The translations under genes and the position numbers were made by a program. From Octopus sinensis (Eukaryota), in assembly GCF_006345805.1 (NCBI RefSeq), contig NC_042999.1, forward strand, positions 17,236,001-17,300,000: a DNA stretch of 64,000 bases. Reading direction: 5' to 3'. Shown one piece after another: positions 53,494-64,000 of this stretch (its first letter is position 1; each line of letters begins with the position of its first letter). The notes under the pieces are model-generated. The model was not told the origin of the DNA. It worked only from the letters and a program-made list of their open reading frames with translations, and searched no databases.

Positions 53494-53664
53494 ATACTAA
53501 GCAATTAAGGGTTTAGCAACGAATTGCCTCACCACACACCGAATTTAGAAATAGCAGTCAAAGAGATATAGCTATTCTTTGAATAGCTATAACTCTTTGA
53601 CTGCTATTTCTAAATTCGGTGTGTGGTGAGGCAATTCGTTGCTAAACCCTTAATTGCTTAGTAT
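53494..53664. repeat. 171-bp hairpin: 84-bp stem, TTT loop
   Basis: 83/84 pairs; single A-A mismatch at 53566/53592. Confidence 0.95.
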
Positions 53665-53766
53665 TACTTAAACTTTCCTAGAATGAGGCTTTTACATGCC
53701 GAAATCTACTTGGTGTAATTAATGATTATTCCAAATTAATTAATTTCACCCTATATTGTTACTGTG

Positions 53767-53851
<85 letters not shown>

Positions 53852-54133
53852 ATGTGTGTGTATATATGTATATATATATATATATAGGTATGCTGATGGT
53901 AAGAATCTACCTCTTCAACCACATGTTTCCGGGTTGAGTCCCACTGTGTGTCAGTTTGTGCAAGTGTCCTCTTGATGAATGGCCGGGCCAATCAAAGCCT
54001 AGTGAATCTATTTGATATACGGAAAATGAAAGAAGCCCGTCGTATATATATATATACTTTGTTGTGTACTTTTCTTCCACTTACTCTTCGTCATACTTGG
54101 GTAATGAGCCGATATTTATATATATATATATAC

Positions 54134-54185
<52 letters not shown>

Positions 54186-54235
54186 ATATATATAATATAT
54201 ATTATATATATACAGATATATATATATATATATTA

Positions 54236-54329
<94 letters not shown>

Positions 54330-55544
54330 CTCATTCCTGATGTATGAGGAAGACCAAATCAAAGAACACACACAACAAAAGAGTCAAGTTCAGGATGCTA
54401 TAACGAAAATTATGTATACCAATGTTTATATTGTTCTATTTATGTGTTTACATATAGAAGAGTGTTAAGTGGATATTAAATTTTTTGTTACCCATGGTTT
54501 TTATTATTTAGTTTGTTAACTAGGCATTATTATTGTACATTATTATTTCTGCATTTGTACATTATTTATTCTTTGATAGTTGGATGTATGGGTCACTGCT
54601 ATTCTTTAGCTTTCATATTAATTTTGATATTTTCCATAAATTGTGCTCCATTGCGCATGGTTGTGCAGGTCATAGCTCATGTTAAGTTGATTAGAGGTGG
54701 AAGTTTTATAATATTTAAATCAGAGTTCCCTTTGCATACCGGACAGTTTTAAGTTCTGAGTTCAAATTCCGCCGCGCTCAATTTTACCACCTATCATTTC
54801 AGGTTCGATACAATAATTGTTGAATAACTGGGTCGATGTATTTAATTTAAACCCCACCCTTACAACGGCTGGGATTATACTAAAATTTGTAACAAAAATA
54901 TTTCTATACAATGACGTATACATATGTGTACACCCGAGGGGCGACACAGACACACACCTTCGTCAGACATATATACGGAAATATGGATGCAAACACGCAC
55001 GCACAGATTTTTATGTAGGCAGATTTATGAGTGCTATGCTAGCAATTCGACAGTTTGGGTCTTTGGAACTTCTGTCGAATACAGTAAAGATTTTCATTTA
55101 TACTTCTACACAGATATATATTTCTATACGCACACATATATATTCGCATACGCAGGAATCTGATTTACGTATGTTTACAAATATATGAATGATGCATATA
55201 TGGTGGCTTCTACACAATTATTCCATAAATGTGTACACAAAATATATTTAATATAGTACGCATATACTACAATCAAGAGTCTATACAACCTCACAGCGTT
55301 CCATATATGTCCAGCGTTACATATATGCATAAAATAATAGTTATATATATATATATATATAATATATATAATATATAATAATATGGTATAATATAATGTA
55401 TGTATAATGTAATATATATGTATGTATGTCCATGATAAACGTGAAGCTGGATGCAAAGGCTGAAAAGAAAAAAAAAGAAAACTAGAGGTGTGTTTTGACC
55501 GCAAAGCTATTATACATTTACATGATTTAGAATGAATCAACGGC

Positions 55545-55925
55545 GAGGATTTTAACGTCTGTGATACAGATCTGGAAATCAGCGGTAAGAAACTGTTCTG
55601 GAATTTAGTAGTGCGGTGGAATTCATAGATCAAAAAAGGATATGCAGCTTTTCTGCTACGCATCAGTTGCATTTCTTAGATCCATTAATATAGAACATGG
55701 ATTTTCCTACGATTTTTCTCTTCGCTCTACGTGGCCTAGAGTTAGTCTTCAAACCCCATATGTGGCTAGCCAAATTAATGGCTTTACTTTTGTCGATGTA
55801 CCGAAAAGAAGATAGGTGGTTTGCAAAGTATCTTTTGAAGTTTTCCTCGTAATTCTTCATTTCAGTTGCTTTATCCACAATGCATAAAAATACCACTACC
55901 GCGTAACTGTATACTGTGTTCACTA
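55545..55925 (-). pseudogene. Penelope-like (Poseidon-like) GIY-YIG remnant
   Basis: ENFKRYFANHLSSFRYIDKSKAINLASHIWGLK...IVGKSMFYINGSKKCN*CVAEKLHIL...LLNSRT matches the PLE endonuclease C-terminal pattern from memory. Confidence 0.75.
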
Positions 55926-55947
55926 AACAATATTTCGTTCACTCTCT

Positions 55948-56018
<71 letters not shown>

Positions 56019-56259
56019 ATATATATGCATGTATACCAACATACGTACACTCACATGCGTTCCTATAGAAAAATATAATGATAAAAATTTAAAGCTCATA
56101 GATTTATGCAACTTCTTTGGTTTTCAGTATACATACCTATGCATACATATATCTAAAACTATAATTCTATGTGCCGATTGTATTCTAAATCAAAATTTGG
56201 TTGCGTATTCATATGTGTTTCACTTAGAATAACAGTAGTGCATCAGTATATAGCATAAT

Positions 56260-56728
56260 TCGTATTCGGTTCGATATGTGTTCCCCCCAGCTGGAGGGGA
56301 CGCCAGGTCATCGCAGCGTTACTCAAGAAACAGGAAGAGAGAGTGAGAGAAATTTGTGGCGAAGGAGCACAACAAGGGTCGCCACCATCCCCTGCCGGAG
56401 CGTCGTGGAGCTTTGGATGTTTCCGCTCAATAAACACACACAACTCCCGGTCTGCGAATCGAAACCGCGATCCTCCGACAGCAAGACCGCTGCCTTAACC
56501 ACTGGGCCATTTTAAAGCCAAGCCAGACTCATGGGCCCGGTTTCCCGGTTTCAATGGCGTATGTGTTCCCCAGCTGGACGGGATGCCAGTCCATTGCAGC
56601 GTTACTAATCGCAACGAGAAATGAAGTGTTTTGCTCAAGAACACAACGCGTCGACCGGTCTAGGAATCGAAACCACAATCTTACGATCATGATGCTGACA
56701 CTTTAACCACTATACCACGCGCCTCCAC
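56260..56728 (-). mobile_element. SINE-E (56511-56728) + SINE-D (56260-56510) composite
   Basis: Two different tRNA heads in tandem; 12-bp TSD ATATAGCATAAT at 56248-56259 and 56729-56740. Confidence 0.85.
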
Positions 56729-57949
56729 ATATAGCATAATACTAAGCATATATTTGAATAGTAAAGAAGGAAACCTATAGGTTTTCATAACAATAGTAGG
56801 GCAGTTGTATTATTGACACGCTTACTGCAAACGTGGTTCAACGAAAGATAAATACATAATAAAATACCCAGATAGAGGTCAGGATATGAATTGTAGGATA
56901 CAAATATGTTTATGATATAATTTGATAAGTTGTCATGACTTTCGTGTCTACTCGATAGATGTCCCATGAAAGCAAGTTATTTTTATTAAAGAATTAGGGA
57001 TATTGGTATAGATCATAGTATATATCGGTGGAACGCAGATGGTGCATGCCTATAAGGGAATCCAGCGAAACACCCCGATGAATTTAAATACCTCAGCAAT
57101 ATAGAACTCTTAGTAACTTTATGTTCACATTCGTATGATCAAATTTTAAACGATGGAATATTTGCGTCAGTATGTTAAAATTTTGAATCCGGAAAATAGT
57201 CCACTTCATAGCTACTGATATTAAAATATCCACTCCATATAATCGTCTAATTAATATTGTAGTTGAAAATACCATGATGGACTTTATATGGTTGCAAATA
57301 GCATTTTTGCTCCGTATCATTTTCTGTTTGAATGAATAAATATTTCTCGTCTCTGATTAAAATCACTTTCAATGACTTCAGTTTTGATGTCTGGTGAACC
57401 TTTACTAAAAATATTTCTAATAAATATCATCTGAAATTCTAATCAAATTGATACAGGAATGAGGACTATTAGAACTAGCATTCCAATGGAAAAGAACTGA
57501 ATATACATGCATAACACAGCATGTATTTGGATGCTATTGTTGACGTCATTGCTGCTTATCCACATTATTTATTTGAAAAGCATGCTTATACATCTTTTCA
57601 TTAAATGATATTTTCAATTTCTTTACCGTTGTCTGTGGGTAAATTCATACATATTCTAGTTAAGTAGTTAGTATTTTCGAAAATGTAATTTATAAACTAA
57701 TTTGATTTACCATAAACACTATAACTGTTTGAATCAACGTTAAAGGCAGTATTAAAATGTTTACGAAATTAGTTTTTGATACGAAATTCTTGAGACAATT
57801 ATACTTTCTTCTACATACAAAGAAAATTTACGATTTATAAATTTGTTAGCTAAATGTGATCGTCTCATTCAATTCTTAATTATGTACTTTAAAGTTAAAG
57901 TTAATCAGAAATAAAAATACTCTACTTTTTCCTCTGTGTATCGTCAAAC

Positions 57950-58200
57950 TCATGTATGTATGTATGTATGTATGTATGTATGTATGTATGTATGTATGTA
58001 TGTATGTATGTATGTATGTATGTATGTATGTATCGATCTATCTATCTATCTATCAATATATATATATATATATATATATATACTATGTATGTATATGTGT
58101 GTTGGAATATAGATATGTACGTATGTACGTATATATATATATATATATTTATATATATGTATACATACATACTATGTATGTATATGTTGGAATATAGATA
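57950..58200. repeat. (TATG)/(TCTA)/(TA) compound microsatellite
   Basis: Direct reading. Confidence 0.95.
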
Positions 58201-61200
58201 TGCACGTATGTATGCAAGAATGAGTGTGTCTGTGTGTGTATCTGTAATTGATACGTATGGTACTTAACGTAATTGCTATTTGAGAAAGAGCTAAAATGCC
58301 GGAATTTAAATTGTTTTATATTTATTCACGTCCTCTAAGGTTACGATAGAATCATATTAATACATATCATATTATCTTCAACACCATGATATATTATACA
58401 TAAATTAATGAGCATTTAATGTAGTTATCTTTATTCATTAATAAAGATTATTTAAATATTACAGTTTAGTTTTAAAATTCGTTTTAAAAAGGATATTAAA
58501 ATAAATTATGCATTGTTTACGTAAAATATATTGAAAAATTCAATTCACAAACTAATAATGAAATAAAAGAATTTTCGCTATGGAAACACAAGTAATATTA
58601 TTCTGATAATATGTTTCCATTTATTTTTTTGCTGTCTAATATTTGGCTGCAAAACATAGAATATTATAATAGAAATATTAACTCTGCAAATAAAAATAAA
58701 ATGTTTGCTCCTAATCGTTAAAAATAGGGAAAATATAGGAATTTAATGCACTATATATTCTATTATTCCTGGCTATTTCTCACCTCGTTATTTTCATCTT
58801 TATTGCTCAATGTTCCTCATAAGTGTGAAAAATAAATACCAAAATAGAAGTCCTGTATATTTCTATAAGATTCTCAATGTAGAAATCATTGAAAGAACCA
58901 ATACTCTATAACATCAGGTGAATGTTATACAGTAAACACTGCATATAAAATTACTTGATAGGTTATAATTTTCATAGAGGTAAAATGCAAAAGAAAGTAA
59001 ATGTTATCACTGGTAGTCCTATGTCATTTCATTTCATGGTCAAGTATTCTATCTTACCAAGAAATAACTTTCCTTAAGATATAATGTGGACGTTCGCTTA
59101 ACGACTCTCGGATCTAGAATATTTATTCTTCTGATGCATCATGGATTGAAATTAAATCTACAATATTTGAGGTTTGCGACTTCCATATACTTGGAAATTT
59201 TAAATATTCATTAAACGTAGACACACAGCAAACATGCTTGCAAGCAAATACACAATCACAAGCATTTATACATATGTGTACCTTGCGCACACAGGTATCC
59301 ATGCACGTAAGTATGTGTGGTATTAACAACGAATAAATATAGATATAAAAGAAGTAGTTTAACGGATTAAGGCGTAAAAAAACTTGTGCATACTTTCAAA
59401 CACACACATGCGTGTATTTGTGTGAGTGTGTGTGTGAATCGTGTGTGTATTTGTAGTGGTTAATGATTTAATACTGTTTCCAGCTAAATTGAATAAAAAA
59501 CATTTTAATTAAAATTACAGGGCGACAACTTTGCACATGTATCAGATCCATTTTACCTGAAGATCATAATGAACCATAGTGAAACCATTTCTGCCATATC
59601 TTAACATGTTGTGTGTGAGAGAGAGAGAGTATAATTTTAATGAATAAGCACTATGCAGTGTCCTAGTATACTATGCTATATCCACTGGAAATATACTCCA
59701 GATATACTCACAATTTTGTAAGATGTTATGAATTATATAACAGAAATATTAGTTCCCGTTTCCCCTTATAAATGTAGTTCAAATCGACTCTTTTACAGTC
59801 CTTAAATTGGTTATTTCGGTTGAAGAACGGATAGGGTACCTCACGGAGATTATTAAATCTTTGTGGTCTGAATCTAAATCCTGCCAAGATCATCTTTGCA
59901 TTTATTTCTTTCGAGGTCGATAAAAGTGTGTTATAGAGCATCTGAAGCGTACGAATAGCGGACCGGATGTCGTGCGCAATTTAATTCGGTTCTGTTTTCA
60001 AGCCTTGCTTTTACTTTCTCATGTTGGATAATTATTCCATCGCCCATATCACTTTCTTTCACACGTGAATTCTTTGGCGGAATCCAATCTATTACAAGCT
60101 TCTAGATCAGGTCGCTGGGTCGAGTATTCCTTTCCTCTCACTCACAAACATATACGGACATTTTATAAAGTATTATGAGCGGTTCTTTCTCTCCTAATAT
60201 GATAAATAAACGAATACGAAGACATATGCTTCTAGGAGCTTCTTACTTCTCTTCTAACTATTTCTTGTGTCAATTATTATACAGAAATCATTTCTCATAG
60301 CTATATACTTATGAGATCCCTTTAAATGGTAGTTACTCATATTTAAATGCAGTACGATGAAGATTATTATATACAGGCAAACAATATGCGCAGAAATGCT
60401 GTATAGGACGATGAAGCAAATGTAAATAGTGCAGGAAATGGTGACAAAGCTTTTGGAAGTCATAAATATTAAGCCTATTCAATTTCTGACGCTCCTGTCT
60501 TTCTCTAAATTATTGTAATATTGTCCATCCTGTCCTTCTTTGATAAGATGCCAGAGGTTGATTTGACGCGTATGCAGCTACTATTCCTAGCTAATCGAGA
60601 AAATGCACAGAAGCTACCTATATGTTTTCATCCCATGGTACTATGTAATTAAATATGTTCTATTTAGAACCAACCTTTTTTTTTGTCAACTTTAATTTTT
60701 GTAGTTGCATTGCCTGTTTTCATGCTAGTATTTGCAAGTAACGCAACTATCAGAGGGTACTCATGCTTACTTGTCTGCTTCGCTGTAGATGGCAACGTTA
60801 CAAGAATGTAAGCATCAAAAGAAGCATAGATATAAATTGCCATTAACAACACTTTGTGACATCGACAATATGTTTACATCTTATTTAGTTGATGCCATAA
60901 ATTTATCGGCTAGCATTAAGAAAAATCCATATAATTTTAGCTCACTTCCAATAGTTTAATTATCAAATTATAAAGTATAATGGTAGCTACGTCTTAAAAA
61001 TGGATGTTAAATCATATTAACATATCCTAGAAACACAATTGTGTTCTAATGCAATCAAACTACGCAAAGGGTTACGTCACACGAAGCATCGTAATGTTAT
61101 ATTGAATTATAGACCAAATAATTTTCACTCACAGATATTTATAATTCACATGGAAACTAAAACAAAATTTTAGATTATTTTGTTATCAGTATTTAATTAT

Positions 61201-62327
61201 GGCTATTCTTTAAATACCATTGACATAAAGTTTCTGTTATTATTCGAGGTTTCCAAATATTTTATTTTGACAAAAAGAATTTTATTATCATAACAATCTC
61301 TGACAGATTTTGTATAATGGATGGTATTTTATAATCGCCAGCGTCCATGCATATTCAAATTGCAATATCATTTTCACTATCAAGCGTAACGTATAACAAA
61401 CGATTAAATGAATTCTTATTTTCTAATCTGAAATCTTTGTCATTTTTTTTATCGTCATAAAATATTCTATGCTATACCTAATCTAAATTAATTTTTTCAT
61501 GATTCTGTCGTTTATTTACAATCAAATTCATGACTTCGAATAGGAGGTTGCTTCGTATGAGGAGACATGTGTATTCATAGTGTAACTCGACTAGTATTTA
61601 GTGTTACCCAGCAGTGCTAAGTCCACGGCAAGCACATCATAACATAATTGAGTTTGCTGAGATTTATATAACTCTGAGAGGCTTAAGTTAAATCATTTCT
61701 ATAAAGACCAAATATATGCATTAATCCAATGAGTTACAAATTGAGGAATAAAATGATATGAAGGTGATTACATATTCCATAATGATCCTAGTCACTTTTA
61801 TAGCAAAATTCAAGTTATAAATTTCCTGAACAATGATTAGTTTGAAACTTCTATAAAATGCACTTAGTACAGTACTGTATTGTAAATCAGAGTACGATAA
61901 AATGTATTATCAGTCAAGTACTATCATTGATATAATAGATTTACTCTTCTCCTTAAAATTGTTGGAATTGTGCAAAAATTACAAAGAATAATATGAACGT
62001 ATGTAAACAAATTACCTCCATAATATAAGTTACTGTTTAAGCCCAATTCACCGCTGAACAACTGAATCTAGAATGTTGAAGCTGATATTTCCTGAATATT
62101 AAAGGGCTACGCATACAGCTAATTTACTGTGTATGGTTAGTCACTCGTACTAAAGACGCCAAGACTCTCCATATTGTTTGTTGCAGAAGGAAGACGGGGA
62201 ATAAACATAATGAGACGGAATTGCAGAAAATAATATTAGAAAACGAGGAGTAATACTATCATTTTGTTATAGACGAGTTATTGTTTAAATTGAATACCAA
62301 AAAGAATTATCATCTGAAATTTCGTTG

Positions 62328-63211
62328 CAATTTGGAGACATTAAATTGCCAAAGCAGCGTCGTATAATTGAGGTATATTGTAGCTGTAATGATTTATTTT
62401 CCCCTAAACCTCGTTGTGTATTTTTTTTTTGTTGCAAAGCTTTATTAATTTTAAGGGAAATGCAATTTCTTATGATATGGCAGAAAAGTATGAAAGGTAA
62501 TTCCTTGATTTCGCGTACAATATAGTCGTGACTTCTTCATAATTAACCCCACATATTATTTTAGATAATTATTTCTCAGTCGAAATAGCACCTGCTTTGA
62601 AAGCAGTATGTTTGCCAAAATTAATTAGTTACTTAATAATTTTAGCAAAGTATGTTTGAAAGGAATATATTTGTAGCCACATTACAAAAAGGATTGTATT
62701 ACAAATATGAAAAAAAATCGAAACGAGGAAATGTAGGTGGCAAGGCAGGTGAAATCTTATAAACAAGTTGTCATATTATGTTTGTGGGCCTGGAGCTCTC
62801 ATTTATAATATGATTATTGTAGAAGTTTGCAACAATATAATTCTGATTAGGATGACTTCCTATAATGGTGTTGATTATCATTACACAAAGGCATCAACTG
62901 TTATAACTAAAATATCCCTTTTACAGTTATACCAATCCTTAAAACTACAGTTAATTGGTATTTAATATCTCAGACAATGCAAACTTGGACAATGTCTCAA
63001 AACGAAAGGAACACAGCGGATAACATTTTTAATATTCAGAAATAGGAGCTCTTCGCAAGTTCCTATCAAGAGATAGTTGAGGTTAGTCTTAAATCTGTAA
63101 ATTAGATCTCTATAGATATTCAGATATTAGAGGTCGAGATTATGTTTGCTAGGTTTCAATTTGGAGACGTTAAATTTCCAAAGCAGCGTCGTATAATTGG
63201 GGTATATTGTA
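62328..63211 (+). repeat. 55-bp dispersed direct repeat (62328-62382 and 63157-63211)
   Basis: 52/55 identical by manual alignment. Confidence 0.85.
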
Positions 63212-64000
63212 TGTATAAGGACTTACTTTCAAATTCATTTGAAATTAACTATTGTTTTTGTTTTAACTTTAGTTATAAAAGATAATAATGTAGAAGCGCA
63301 ACTTGGGTAGATTATCACAAAGTTTTTGCTTCGTGATACGTTCCTCTCAAATTGGGAAGGAAAGGTTATATGAAATACTAGAAGGGCGTTGTATAATTGC
63401 TTGTGACAGGTTGAGCGGGAGAAAATTTAGATAAGCATGAATTTTTAAGTAAGTTCCTGTAAAGACTTGGCGAGTGAATAATTTTTACATTCCAACTGTA
63501 ACAGAAATACCATAAAGATTCTGTATCTCCTCATTGTAAAGTATCACCAACTAGACGTGGTTTTCTTATTTTCTGCTTAAAAGAAATTTCCATCAATGAA
63601 TATAGATTTTGCAAAGAAACCTTTGGGATACAGATTTGATGCAACACTTTCAGATGCAGGTTTATCAATAATGCCTGTGTGTGGTTATCTTAATTATCTT
63701 TCGATATCGTGCAATTTGCGAGAGTTGTAGCCGATTGTATGGCTTCTGCATCATTGCAGAAGGGTTTTATTTTGTTATTTGTTCTTGTAAGACATTTTGT
63801 TTGGTATATATAATAACGACATATTGGATATGTGCTTTCATCCCTGTGCCATGGTGCTTTACAAATCATTATTAATCAGAGAGCTGTTAGCTCTTGGTGT
63901 GGACCGCCATTTTAAATGTAAACAACGCGCTGATAATAATCTATTCGTAAAGTAAGTTAAGTTTATTCTGTACATAAATATGCATTTGGATACCAAAGTG

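Overview
AT-rich, repeat-dominated eukaryotic non-coding DNA, most likely an octopus (coleoid cephalopod) intron or intergenic region. The taxon is inferred from the SINE families, the cephalopod-type 5S sequence and the microsatellite load. I found no host protein-coding gene I can support; nearly all listed ORFs come from microsatellites or SINEs. The window holds dozens of tRNA-headed SINE copies of about six families (my labels A, B, C, D, E, H), three dispersed 5S rRNA-derived copies, one CR1/L2-group LINE 3' end, three Penelope-like (PLE) GIY-YIG remnants, PLE-type terminal repeats, a Tigger/pogo-like MITE, hAT and Helitron fragments and a candidate solo LTR. Most notable: (1) all three 5S copies lack a Pol III terminator and are fused in sense to SINE sequence; one is bounded by a 15-bp TSD and one carries the LINE-type 3' tail, suggesting a 5S-headed SINE/chimera system. 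(2) A tRNA-headed SINE family carries a minimal type-I hammerhead ribozyme motif. (3) A 3' motif with a covarying stem-loop is shared by the LINE, SINE-B and a 5S copy. (4) There is a ~550-bp palindrome and an 84-bp-stem hairpin. (5) Three TSD-bounded insertions fall between the A and B boxes of older SINE heads. Novelty could not be checked against databases.
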